A stretch of 52,840 nucleotides of DNA, taken from IMG/VR virus record IMGVR_UViG_3300000291_000011; one strand, given 5' to 3'. Numbering within the stretch: position 1 is the stretch's first letter; each line of letters begins with the position of its first letter. Shown here piece after piece: positions 42,330 to 51,122 of this stretch. The position numbers and the translations under genes are program-made. Under the pieces are notes generated by a model. That model did not search any database. It was given only the letters and a program-made list of their open reading frames with translations, and was not told where the DNA came from. The DNA comes from a virus.

Positions 42330-42527
42330 ATGGCAAGACGCTGCTGTCTGTGCGGGGCATATCTGGATAGCGGTGAGCGCTGCGACTGCGGATGCAGCCA
42401 GACGGACGAAGTGCCGCGAGGGTGCAGGAAGCCCGTGCGGAGAGTTGACGAAGCCAGCCGCACGGGTGAAGATTGGCGCTGGGAGAAGCACATCAACGAC
42501 CAGTATCAGAGATGGTACGAATGCTGA
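42330..42527 (+). CDS. Small Cys-rich (zinc-binding) protein
   Basis: MARRCCLCGAYLDSGERCDCGCS; ATG 42330 after AAGGGGTGA. Confidence 0.5.
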   Translation: MARRCCLCGAYLDSGERCDCGCSQTDEVPRGCRKPVRRVDEASRTGEDWRWEKHINDQYQRWYEC

Positions 42528-42541
42528 CAGGAGGAACGAGC

Positions 42542-43222
42542 ATGGAAAACGGGCAGATTTACGCCGCAATCAGCGCGGCGATGGCGGACATTTCCGCAAT
42601 TGGCAAGGACAAGTACAACCAGCAGCAGGGTTTTAAGTTCCGCGGCATCGACGATGTGATGAACGCCTTGAAGCCCATCCTGACGAAAAACAAGATTTTC
42701 ACTGTTCCACAGGTTTTGGAGCAGACGCGAGAAATCAAGGTAACAGCGAAAGGTGGAGAACTGCGGTACAGTCTTCTTAAAATCGCGTTCCGCTTCTATG
42801 CCACCGACGGCAGTTTTGTCGAGGCGGTGACGCTGGGCGAAGGCATGGACAGCGGCGACAAGGCAAGCAACAAGGCAATGGCGATTGCTTACAAGTACGC
42901 GCTTTTCCAAGTATTTTGTATCCCAACCGAGGAGATGACCGACCCGGACGGTGAAAGCTACGAGACAAAGCACGAGACGCAGAAGAAGCCTGAGCAGCCG
43001 AAGCCGCAGAGCAAGCCAGTAGAGAATCAGACGGAAACGCCGACGAACTATATCATGCGCGAGTGCGGAAACATCGGCATGGATATGCAGGAGTTAGGCA
43101 GAGTTCGCGCCGCGCTTGTGGAAGCAAACATCGTCCGCAACATCCCGACGAAAGAGATGACGATGGCGGACGCAAAGGCGCTGATGGACGCGGTGAAAGC
43201 CAATTTCCGGGAGGCATCGTAA
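42542..43222 (+). CDS. ERF-family single-strand annealing protein
   Basis: QQQGFKFRGIDDVMNALKPIL..GDKASNKAMAIAYKYALFQVFCIPT is typical of ERF. Confidence 0.8.
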   Translation: MENGQIYAAISAAMADISAIGKDKYNQQQGFKFRGIDDVMNALKPILTKNKIFTVPQVLEQTREIKVTAKGGELRYSLLKIAFRFYATDGSFVEAVTLGEGMDSGDKASNKAMAIAYKYALFQVFCIPTEEMTDPDGESYETKHETQKKPEQPKPQSKPVENQTETPTNYIMRECGNIGMDMQELGRVRAALVEANIVRNIPTKEMTMADAKALMDAVKANFREAS

Positions 43223-43575
43223 TGAATAGGGCAGAACGCAGGAGAGCGGCGCGGGACATGACCCACGCCACGCAGAGCATCATGAGGGCGCGGGGAGGCT
43301 ACGAACGCGAGTATGAGCGCGGAGCGAAGGATGCAGAACGCCATGCAATCAAGATGATTTTCGCCGGAATGTGCCTTGCGATGAAAGAAGAGTTCGGATT
43401 TGGCGCACAGCGGATTCATAGGATGCTGACGGCAACGCAAAAGTATCTTCAACCCGGCGCGTACTTCACAACGGCAGAATTGATTGATGAGGTGCTGGAG
43501 AAGACGGGCATCAGGCTGGATTTCGACGACCCGTTTGACATGGTGGAGCGAATCGAGAAAGGGGAAAGACGATGA
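43222..43575 (+). CDS. Hypothetical protein
   Basis: 117 aa, ATG overlapping the ERF stop. Confidence 0.6.
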   Translation: MNRAERRRAARDMTHATQSIMRARGGYEREYERGAKDAERHAIKMIFAGMCLAMKEEFGFGAQRIHRMLTATQKYLQPGAYFTTAELIDEVLEKTGIRLDFDDPFDMVERIEKGERR

Positions 43576-44150
43576 ATGTAGTCAGCAACGTGGAAATCAT
43601 GGGGCTTGTGTCGAGCGTAAAGGCAAGCCGCTATCCGATGGCAACCGCCACGGAGAATTGCAGCGCGGAAGTCACAGAGCGGACGATGGCGCTTGCAAAC
43701 TGCCAGACGGGGAGCGGACACGACCAGTTTTTGACTGGAATCGTCGTGCAGTTCGACCTCACGTTCACCGTCAAGGCGTGGGTTGAAGCCGAACGGTATC
43801 ATTTTCTGGATTTTGTATCGAGTCAGTCCACCATGCACCGCATAACAAGCATGGACATCGACGAGCAGTGCATTGACTATGTTCGGCGGGAGACAATCGA
43901 GCTTGTGGATAAGCTGGTTGCGGAGTACAAGGAAGCCCCAACGCCGGAACGGTATCTTGCAGTTCTCTACAACGTGCCTGTTGGCTTGCGGCTGACGGCG
44001 CGGATGACCACCAACTACCGCCAGCTTAAAACCATCTACCAGCAGCGGAAAAACCACCGTCTGCCGGAATGGAGGGCGTTCTGCGCATGGATTGAGACGC
44101 TGCCGAGAGCGGAGTTTATCACAGGGAAGCGAGCTGACGCAAATGGATGA
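43572..44150 (+). CDS. Divergent ThyX-like protein lacking the canonical RHRxxS motif
   Basis: GSGHDQFLTGIVVQFDL..AERYHFLDFVSSQSTMH..TTNYRQLKTIYQQR..LPEWRAF parallels SGH..Exx.F.., RHR..S..QSQRY and ..NxRxLxH..xR of ThyX, but R-H-R is R-Y-H. Confidence 0.4.
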   Translation: MNVVSNVEIMGLVSSVKASRYPMATATENCSAEVTERTMALANCQTGSGHDQFLTGIVVQFDLTFTVKAWVEAERYHFLDFVSSQSTMHRITSMDIDEQCIDYVRRETIELVDKLVAEYKEAPTPERYLAVLYNVPVGLRLTARMTTNYRQLKTIYQQRKNHRLPEWRAFCAWIETLPRAEFITGKRADANG

Positions 44151-44451
44151 ACGTGGGGAAGCCCGTCGCGAATATCAGCGGGCTTACTATCAAGCGCACA
44201 AAGAAGAGCTTCAAAAACGTCATCGAGAATATTACTGGAAAAACAAAGAAAATTCGCGGGCTTACTATCAAGCGCACAAGGAAGAGGTGCAAAAACGGAA
44301 TCGCGAATATTACTGGAAAAACAAAGAAAATTCGCGGAGATATAATCGAAAGCATTACTTAGCGCATAGTGAAAAAATCTGTAAAGCCGCACGTGAACGT
44401 TACTACAAACTTAAAGCAGAACGCATGGAGAAAGGGGCGGAAAAACTGTGA
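44143..44451 (+). CDS. Basic repeat protein (2 x 26-aa exact-type repeats plus a degenerate third)
   Basis: RAYYQAHKEELQKRHREYYWKNKENS / RAYYQAHKEEVQKRNREYYWKNKENS encoded by a 78-bp tandem repeat at 44179-44334. Confidence 0.65.
   Translation: MDERGEARREYQRAYYQAHKEELQKRHREYYWKNKENSRAYYQAHKEEVQKRNREYYWKNKENSRRYNRKHYLAHSEKICKAARERYYKLKAERMEKGAEKL
44179..44334 (+). repeat. 78-bp tandem direct repeat (2 copies) inside a CDS
   Basis: Unit starts at 44179 and 44257; few mismatches. Confidence 0.85.
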
Positions 44452-44954
44452 CAAATAAAAACAAGAAGTTTCCACGCTGCCCGTGGTGTGGTGCAGAAAT
44501 GAAAGCAGACACAGACGATGTTTTCATAACGGACAATGATGGCTGGGTTGGGCGCTTGTCATGTGACGAGTGCGGCGCAAACTCATCGTTTGTGTACGGT
44601 AAAGCGACAAAAAAAGAAGCGGTGGACGCCTTGCGTGAGTTGAAGCCGAAAGAAGAGCCGAACCGAGTTTTGACGCTGGGAGAGGTGCTGGAAATCGCAA
44701 ACGAAAACGAGGACTGGTATAATCGCGTTTGCTGGCTCGAATGGGGAAAAGATTCTCTAATTTATCCGGGATGTATAAAAGAAGGATATACCATTGGCGA
44801 TAGGTATTTATCATTCGATGAAATCATATGTGAAGAAGCAGCTTTTTATAGTACAAAAGAGTATGGAGAAAAATGGCGCTGCTGGTTGCGTAATCCGACA
44901 AAGCAGGAGAGGACAGAAACGCCGTGGGAGGGAGAAAGTGACAATGCCGACTAA
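44448..44954 (+). CDS. Lar-like zinc ribbon fused to a WRCW-motif domain
   Basis: GTG start; FPRCPWCGAEM..LSCDECGANS..EAVDAL, then NRVLTLGEVL..YGEKWRCWLRNPTKQERTETPWE. Confidence 0.55.
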   Translation: MTNKNKKFPRCPWCGAEMKADTDDVFITDNDGWVGRLSCDECGANSSFVYGKATKKEAVDALRELKPKEEPNRVLTLGEVLEIANENEDWYNRVCWLEWGKDSLIYPGCIKEGYTIGDRYLSFDEIICEEAAFYSTKEYGEKWRCWLRNPTKQERTETPWEGESDNAD

Positions 44955-45216
44955 GCAGCGAAACCGCGTTCTGACGTTTGCCGAAGCAATTACGCAGAAC
45001 CAAAAGACGGCGCGTGTTTGGGTGGAACTGCGCTACAATATTCCAATCTGCGCGTATTTCCTCGTGCGCACAAACAAAACGTGCCGAGTGATTCCGTACA
45101 ATCTTGGTATTGGCAGCTTCGTCGTCGGAGAAGAGGACTACGGCACAAAGTGGCGGTGCTGGGAGAAAGAGCCGACACGAGAAGAAACCAAACGCGAGCC
45201 GTGGAGTGAGCCATGA
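44944..45216 (+). CDS. WRCW-motif domain protein (paralog 2)
   Basis: NRVLTFAEAI..YGTKWRCWEKEPTREETKREPW; ATG 44944 after GGGAGGGAGAAAG. Confidence 0.6.
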   Translation: MPTKQRNRVLTFAEAITQNQKTARVWVELRYNIPICAYFLVRTNKTCRVIPYNLGIGSFVVGEEDYGTKWRCWEKEPTREETKREPWSEP

Positions 45217-45926
45217 TTGCGACAATCGGCAAGGTCATCGAGCAACCGGGCAGCCTGACAATCCAGACTGCCCGCCCCGATGCGGAAAACCTATCGGATA
45301 CCGTCACGGTGCTTTGGCAGGACTGCCGCACAATCAGTCCAGAGCAACGGCGCAAGGCGTGGGCGCTGATTGGCGAGATTGCCGCCGCGACGGGATACAT
45401 CGGACAGGGCGACAAGAGCGACCTCAACACGATGCTCAAGGCGGAGTTTCTGCGAGCGCGAATTGACAAGCTGCAAGCGGAGGCAATTAAGGCATTCAGC
45501 CTGTCCGACGTGGATATGACAACCGCGCGGCTCTATATTGATTGGCTTGTTGAGTTCTGCGTGGTAAACGACATTCCGACAAAACAGCCGCTTGTGGAGT
45601 ACGCGGAGGACATCGGCGCGTATATCTATGCTTGCGTGATGCACAAACAGTGCGCCGTCTGCGGACGCAGACCGTCAGACTTGCACCACTGGGAGCGCGT
45701 CGGAATGGGCGCAGACCGCACAGAAATCAATCATATCGGGCTGAAGTGCGAACCGCTTTGCCGGGTACATCACACAGAGTGCCACACGATGGCACAGGCG
45801 GATTTCGACGAGAAGTACCACATTCAGCCCGTAAAAATCGACGAGAAAATAGCGAAGCTGTACAAACTTGGGAGGAAAAGCAATGAACAAGCTGACAATC
45901 ATCGGAAATCTAACGCGGGACGTTGA
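45213..45926 (+). CDS. HNH-type nuclease (HNHc_6 / DUF968-like)
   Basis: CAVCGRRPSDLHHWERVGMGADRTEINHIGLKCEPLCRVHHTECH. Confidence 0.65.
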   Translation: MIATIGKVIEQPGSLTIQTARPDAENLSDTVTVLWQDCRTISPEQRRKAWALIGEIAAATGYIGQGDKSDLNTMLKAEFLRARIDKLQAEAIKAFSLSDVDMTTARLYIDWLVEFCVVNDIPTKQPLVEYAEDIGAYIYACVMHKQCAVCGRRPSDLHHWERVGMGADRTEINHIGLKCEPLCRVHHTECHTMAQADFDEKYHIQPVKIDEKIAKLYKLGRKSNEQADNHRKSNAGR

Positions 45927-46284
45927 GTTGCGCACGACGCAGAGCGGCAAGAGCGTCGCCAATTTCACAGTTGCGGTCAATCGCCGCGCGAAACCGGGTG
46001 AAAAGGCGGAAGCAGACTTCTTCCGCGTGTCCGTCTGGGACAAGCAAGCGGAAACGTGCCAAAAGTACCTTGCCAAGGGACGCAAGGTGTGTGTGATTGG
46101 CAGCGTCAGCGTCAGCACATACACCGCCAACGACGGAAGCACACGCGCGACGCTTGAAGTATTTGCGCAGGATGTTGAGTTTTTGGACAGCGCGAAACAG
46201 GATGCACCGCAGGTGGCGCATGAGGCGGCTCAACCGCCCGCGCCGCAGTACACCCCGGTATACAACGAGGATTTGCCGTTCTAA
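45883..46284 (+). CDS. ssb: Single-stranded DNA-binding protein
   Basis: MNKLTIIGNLTRDVELRTTQSGKSVANFTVAVNR..FFRVSVWDKQAE; acidic tail ..EDLPF. Confidence 0.9.
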   Translation: MNKLTIIGNLTRDVELRTTQSGKSVANFTVAVNRRAKPGEKAEADFFRVSVWDKQAETCQKYLAKGRKVCVIGSVSVSTYTANDGSTRATLEVFAQDVEFLDSAKQDAPQVAHEAAQPPAPQYTPVYNEDLPF

Positions 46285-46306
46285 CGGCAGCTGATGGAGG
46301 TAGCAA

Positions 46307-47068
46307 ATGGAGCTTGAGTATGTGCCTGTGCAGGTAGCCATGCGCCGGGAAATCGCGAGACTTTCCGACGAAGAAGCCGGACGTGCGCTTAAAGCCATTC
46401 TTGATTATGTGGCGACGGGTGAGGATGTCGAGCCGGAAGGAAACGCGGCGTTTTTGTACCTTGCGCTGTTGCGAGAATGCGATAAAATCTGCAAGATTCA
46501 CGAGGTGCGTTCCGCAGGTGGCAAGGCTGGCGGACGTGGTCGCCCGAAGAAAACAAAGTCAGAAGAAATCCAGCAGTCCGAATCGGAACAGGCGCAGCTC
46601 AACCCCGAACCAGAGCAGAAGCCCGAAGTGCGCGCTCCTGCATCCTTCATTAGCGACGAAGAAGCAGCAGAAATCCAGCAAGGCACAAACGAGGTGCTAA
46701 ACGAAGCGAAACGGCAGGGATTCCCCGACACAACGGCGACGATGGACAATATCAACCAGCTTGTGGCGGACAACGGCACGGAAGAAGTGCTGGAATGCGT
46801 GAAAATCGCCGGAGAATCTGGGAAGCCTAACATTCGATACCTCAAAGGCGTAATCAACGGACGCGCGAAAGAAAAACAAACGGAAGCGCAACGAGAGCAA
46901 GCGCGGATTGAGGCGGAAAAGCATCCGATAAGGTTTATCAATAGCACAGATGAAATCGAAGTGCGCGAACCGCCGAAAATCAAACAAAGAGATGTATTTA
47001 TAAACAGCGTGGGGTATCCAGAGGTACGGACGAAGTTGGAAGAAATAGCAAAAAAATGGAGTAGTTAA
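46307..47068 (+). CDS. Replisome organiser / DnaD-domain protein
   Basis: 253 aa upstream of dnaB; C-terminal VLECVKIAGESGKPNIRYLKGVINGRAKE is DnaB_2/DnaD-like. Confidence 0.6.
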   Translation: MELEYVPVQVAMRREIARLSDEEAGRALKAILDYVATGEDVEPEGNAAFLYLALLRECDKICKIHEVRSAGGKAGGRGRPKKTKSEEIQQSESEQAQLNPEPEQKPEVRAPASFISDEEAAEIQQGTNEVLNEAKRQGFPDTTATMDNINQLVADNGTEEVLECVKIAGESGKPNIRYLKGVINGRAKEKQTEAQREQARIEAEKHPIRFINSTDEIEVREPPKIKQRDVFINSVGYPEVRTKLEEIAKKWSS

Positions 47069-47070
47069 AG

Positions 47071-48378
47071 ATGGACGCATACATCAACGAGGACGCGGAA
47101 AAAAGCCTGATTGGGCTTGCGATGCAAGACGCAATCGTGGCGCAAGAGGTCGCCGCACTGCCTGATGCACTCTTTGGCTTAAAGCAGATGCAAGCCTGTC
47201 AGCGCGGAATCATGCGCCTTGTGAAGCAGGGAAAAAGCGTTGACCTTGTGACGCTGGACGCAGAAGTGCAATGCGACTTCCAAGATACCGCACTCTTGAT
47301 GCAATGCGTACAAATGGGTATTTCACCCATCATGTCCCGGCAGTACATAGCGATTTTGGCAGAGTGCGCGAAACGCCGCGAACTTGCGACGCTGGCGCGA
47401 AAAATCCTGCAAGATGTAGGAAATCCGGGCGTGTCGGTTGCGGCGCTGCAAGCGGATTGCGCAGCGGCGGCACAGTCATCAACCGCTGTTGATGATGGGG
47501 TGACGATGCACGAAGCGTCGCTCATGCTTGCGAATTCTTTCGACAAGAAAGATGGCGTAACTTGCGGAATCGCAGACCTTGATGTAATGCTGGGCGGATT
47601 CAAGCCGGGACAGCTAATCTACATCGGCGCACGTCCGGGTGTCGGTAAAACGTCGCTGGCTATCTGCATGGCGAAGTACGTTGCGGAGCACGGCGGCGGG
47701 GTGCTGCTTGTGTCGCTGGAAATGAACCCAGTGGAAATTGCAGCGCGTTTCATGGCGAACGAATCCGGCGTTGACTTGCAGAAAATTTCCACGGGCAAGA
47801 TGGAGTTAGAAGATTTCGCGCAGATTTCGCCATGCTATCAGGCGCTTGCAGATTTACCAGTTACCATCGAAGAAAGAGCAGTTACACCGCTTCAAATCCG
47901 AAACGCGGCGGCAAAAATGAAAGCGAGCAAGCAGGGGTTGAGCCTGATTGTGGTTGATTATATCCAACTCATGCGAGCCGACGAGAAGTGCGGAAATCGT
48001 ACGGAGGAGGTAACGCAAATCAGCCGCGAGTTAAAGCTGATGGCGATGGATTTAGGCGTTCCGCTGCTCTGTATGACGCAGTTTAACCGCGAGAGCGAGA
48101 AGGGATTCGGCAAAGCGACAAGAAGCGAGCCGGATATGTCACAAGCGCGAGACAGCGGCGCGATTGAGCAGGACGCGAACGTGTTTCTCATCCTGCACGA
48201 GCCGGAAGAGCCGCAGGACGAGAACAGCGACAGATGGCAGATGTATCACAATTGCAAAGCGAACGGTTTGACGTGGCAGACGTGCAGAATCAGAAAAAAC
48301 AGAAACGGCGCAACGGGGCTCGTGCATCTGGGCTTCGATAAGCCGCATATGCGGTATACTTGCCTAAAAAAGGACTAA
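47071..48378 (+). CDS. dnaB: Replicative DNA helicase DnaB
   Basis: Walker A GARPGVGKTS, LVSLEM, LIVVDYIQLM, SRELKLMAMDLGVPLLCMTQFNR. Confidence 0.9.
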   Translation: MDAYINEDAEKSLIGLAMQDAIVAQEVAALPDALFGLKQMQACQRGIMRLVKQGKSVDLVTLDAEVQCDFQDTALLMQCVQMGISPIMSRQYIAILAECAKRRELATLARKILQDVGNPGVSVAALQADCAAAAQSSTAVDDGVTMHEASLMLANSFDKKDGVTCGIADLDVMLGGFKPGQLIYIGARPGVGKTSLAICMAKYVAEHGGGVLLVSLEMNPVEIAARFMANESGVDLQKISTGKMELEDFAQISPCYQALADLPVTIEERAVTPLQIRNAAAKMKASKQGLSLIVVDYIQLMRADEKCGNRTEEVTQISRELKLMAMDLGVPLLCMTQFNRESEKGFGKATRSEPDMSQARDSGAIEQDANVFLILHEPEEPQDENSDRWQMYHNCKANGLTWQTCRIRKNRNGATGLVHLGFDKPHMRYTCLKKD

Positions 48379-48391
48379 AAGGAGGAAAGCC

Positions 48392-49147
48392 ATGTACAAC
48401 ATCATCGTTTTCGAGAACAAACGGTTTGGAAACATTCGGACATTCGTCGAAGAAGGAAAACAAGAGCCGTGGTTCGTGGCGGCGGATGTATGCCGAGCGC
48501 TGGAAGTCAAGAACGCACGGGATGCAGTGGCACGTCTGGACGACGACGAAAAGAATACCGTCGTTTTAACCGACGGAAATCGCGGCAATCCAAATGTGAC
48601 TGTCGTCAGCGAACCCGGGCTGTACGCACTCGTCCTCAGCAGTCGCAAGCCGGAGGCGAAAGAGTTCAAGCGCTGGATTACGCACGATGTCATCCCATCA
48701 ATCCGAAAGAGCGGCGGCTACATCGCAGGGCAGGAAGACATGAGCGACGCTGACCTGATGGCGAAAGCCCTGATTGTTGCCCAGCGACAGATTGAGCAGC
48801 GCGACAAGCAAATCACGGAGATGCAGCCAAAGGCGCTGTTCGCGGATGCTGTGAGCGCAAGCAAAACAAGCATCCTTGTGAACGAGATGGCGAAGCTGCT
48901 GCGGCAGAATGGCGTTGAAATCGGCGAAAAGAAGCTGTTCAAACTCCTGCGCGTGAACGGATATTTGTGCAGCAAAGGAGAGCTTCACAACTGCCCGACG
49001 CAAAGAGCTATGGATATGGGACTTTTCGAGATAAAGGAAACGGCTATCACAACGTCGGACGGCAGCGTTATACTGCGGCGAACGCCGAAAGTGACGGGAA
49101 AAGGGCAAGTGTACTTCATCAAAAAGTTTAAGGGGGGATGGGCGTAA
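48392..49147 (+). CDS. Antirepressor (BRO-N plus KilA-C/ANT domains)
   Basis: FENKRFGNIRTFVEEGKQEPWFVAADVCRALE..PGLYALVLSSRKPEAKEFKRWITHDVIPSIRKSG; C-terminal ANT-like. Confidence 0.8.
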   Translation: MYNIIVFENKRFGNIRTFVEEGKQEPWFVAADVCRALEVKNARDAVARLDDDEKNTVVLTDGNRGNPNVTVVSEPGLYALVLSSRKPEAKEFKRWITHDVIPSIRKSGGYIAGQEDMSDADLMAKALIVAQRQIEQRDKQITEMQPKALFADAVSASKTSILVNEMAKLLRQNGVEIGEKKLFKLLRVNGYLCSKGELHNCPTQRAMDMGLFEIKETAITTSDGSVILRRTPKVTGKGQVYFIKKFKGGWA

Positions 49148-49341
49148 TGCGAGTAAAACCAAAGCCTTGCCCGAATTGCGGAAGCAAGTACGTGGAAATG
49201 TGGACTAAATTTTTCGGCGGTAACGGTTTTGAGGTAAGATGCTTGGACTGTGGTTATATCGGTGAGCTTGGAAAAACAAGAGCCGCAGCCGCGAGAGCGT
49301 GGAATAACGACGAAAGGAGAAAGAAGAATGCAGGATTATAA
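49147..49341 (+). CDS. Lar-family-like restriction-alleviation zinc-ribbon protein
   Basis: KPCPNCGSKYVEM..VRCLDCGYIG..AAAARAWNN. Confidence 0.55.
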   Translation: MRVKPKPCPNCGSKYVEMWTKFFGGNGFEVRCLDCGYIGELGKTRAAAARAWNNDERRKKNAGL

Positions 49342-49729
49342 GCTGAAACCGTGCCCGTTCTGTGGAAGAAGTCCTGATGTATACCAAGCTCCAAATATGA
49401 TGATTTTGATGGGGATGCCGTATTTCGCTGGAGAATGGATTTGCTTATGTCTGCATTGCCAAATGAGTGCCGTCGGAGGGAAGAAGTATTCGGATGTTGT
49501 GCAAAAGTGGAATCGACGAGCGCCGGGATGGGTGTCCGTGGATAAGGTGCTGCCGCTAAATAGAACGCACGTCATCGGATTTGATATAGAAAGTGGGTGG
49601 AACTATCCATCGTTGTGTTTTTGTCCAGACACAAAGGAGTTTTTGGACGAAACATACGACTACAAGCCTGTGAGCATCACGCACTGGATGCCATTCCCGG
49701 AAGCGCCGTGGGAGGACGAAGGAAGATGA
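49328..49729 (+). CDS. Lar-like zinc ribbon fused to a DUF551-like domain
   Basis: LKPCPFCGRSP..CLHCQMS..VVQKWNRR, then GWVSVDKVLP..ITHWMPFPEAP. Confidence 0.55.
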   Translation: MQDYKLKPCPFCGRSPDVYQAPNMMILMGMPYFAGEWICLCLHCQMSAVGGKKYSDVVQKWNRRAPGWVSVDKVLPLNRTHVIGFDIESGWNYPSLCFCPDTKEFLDETYDYKPVSITHWMPFPEAPWEDEGR

Positions 49730-50004
49730 ATGAGTACAAAAACCGTGTGCTGTCCCTTGCAGAGCTTGCGGTAAGCGCAGAAACGCTCGTATGGATTGAA
49801 GATAACAACGGGGACGACGAGCCGTGCGTCCGTGCGCGAATGTTAACGTACTGGGAACCTAAAAGCCATCGCATATATTTCGACGGCGGACGCACATGGT
49901 ACGCCGATTATACATACGGCGAGACGTGGCGCTGCTGGTTGAGGAATCCGACGGAGCAGCAGATGAGGGACACGCCGTGGGAGGAAAGCAAAAATGAAGT
50001 ATGA
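49726..50004 (+). CDS. WRCW-motif domain protein (paralog 3)
   Basis: NRVLSLAELA..YGETWRCWLRNPTEQQMRDTPWE. Confidence 0.6.
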   Translation: MNEYKNRVLSLAELAVSAETLVWIEDNNGDDEPCVRARMLTYWEPKSHRIYFDGGRTWYADYTYGETWRCWLRNPTEQQMRDTPWEESKNEV

Positions 50005-50557
50005 GTTCACTGGCGAAGTGAAATACATCGGCCGTAAGATATTGCATCGAATCCGCGCAGTGCGAGACATCCCGGAATACGAGATTAAAAGCGGCGACAT
50101 GGGAGGATGGCTCGAAACAGAGAAAAATCTTTCACATAACGGCTCAGCGTGGGTGACGGATTCTGCGGTGGTGATGGACGCGGCGTTCGTGACGGGAGAT
50201 GCGCGTGTGATGGATTCTGCGCGGGTGACGGGTTTGCCGCTGGTGGCTGGAAATGCGTTGGTGATGGAAAATGCGCGTGTAATGGGCGTGGCGCGGGTGA
50301 CGGGAAATGCGCATATAATGAACTCGGCTGATTACATCACCATCAATACAATCAAAAACTGTGACGATACAACCACCTTTTATCGCGGCGCAGATGGGGG
50401 AATATATGTCGCCTGCGGACGCTTCAGCGGCTCAATTGACGACTTCGCCGCAAAAGTCAAGCAAGTCCATGCCGGGACAAAGCACGAAAGGACGTACCTG
50501 TTGGCAATCGAACTGGCAAAGGCGCAGATTGCGACGGAGGAGGAAAATGATGGCTGA
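49994..50557 (+). CDS. Beta-helix repeat protein
   Basis: Repeats of about 6 residues: AWVTDSAVVMDAAFVTGDARVMDSARVTGLPLVAGNALVMENARVMGVARVTGNAHIMN. Confidence 0.6.
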   Translation: MKYEFTGEVKYIGRKILHRIRAVRDIPEYEIKSGDMGGWLETEKNLSHNGSAWVTDSAVVMDAAFVTGDARVMDSARVTGLPLVAGNALVMENARVMGVARVTGNAHIMNSADYITINTIKNCDDTTTFYRGADGGIYVACGRFSGSIDDFAAKVKQVHAGTKHERTYLLAIELAKAQIATEEENDG

Positions 50558-50855
50558 CCGAAAAATCACGGCTATGCACCGAGTATACGGGCAAGACGAT
50601 GCGCATAAGTGCGCGGATTGCTTGAACCTCTGCATCTATGTAACGTCGAGCCATACGCAATATAAGTGCATGGCGTACGGAGCGAGCGCTTCCGCGGCGA
50701 CTGACTGGGCGAAGCGCTGGACAGCTTGTGGATTGCACGGAAAAACGCTTGCGATTGACCATGTGCCGCTCATGAAGCGCCTAAAACCTGCGAGGCGGCA
50801 GGAAGAGCCGCTTGATGGGCAGATGACATTCTTGGAAACGGAGGATGGAAGCTGA
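50547..50855 (+). CDS. Hypothetical Cys-containing protein
   Basis: 102 aa, ATG after GGAGGAGGAAA. Confidence 0.55.
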   Translation: MMADRKITAMHRVYGQDDAHKCADCLNLCIYVTSSHTQYKCMAYGASASAATDWAKRWTACGLHGKTLAIDHVPLMKRLKPARRQEEPLDGQMTFLETEDGS

Positions 50856-51043
50856 TGAAAACTGTGACGCTGCCCGCGGCGGTGATTTTCGGCACGATGA
50901 TTGGTCTGGGGCTGACGGGCTTCCTGCTGGCGAAGGAAACGCGCCCGTGGTACATTTACATTCTGCTGGCGCTCGTCAACTGTATCATTTCGATTCTTGT
51001 GTACGCCGGAACGGATACGCTTGCCGCGTGGTTATGGGGATGA
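50855..51043 (+). CDS. Small membrane protein (2 TM)
   Basis: 62 aa; LPAAVIFGTMIGLGLTGFLLA and WYIYILLALVNCIISILVYA. Confidence 0.55.
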   Translation: MKTVTLPAAVIFGTMIGLGLTGFLLAKETRPWYIYILLALVNCIISILVYAGTDTLAAWLWG

Positions 51044-51120
51044 CAATGACGGTTATCGGTCTGCTGTGTCTGCTGGCGGCTACGGTGTGCGTGGCTTGCG
51101 CATTTATCAACAAGGAGTGA
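51034..51120 (+). CDS. Possible 28-aa TM peptide
   Basis: MGMTMTVIGLLCLLAATVCVACAFINKE; overlaps neighbours at both ends (coupled starts and stops). Confidence 0.3.
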   Translation: MGMTMTVIGLLCLLAATVCVACAFINKE

Positions 51121-51122
51121 TG

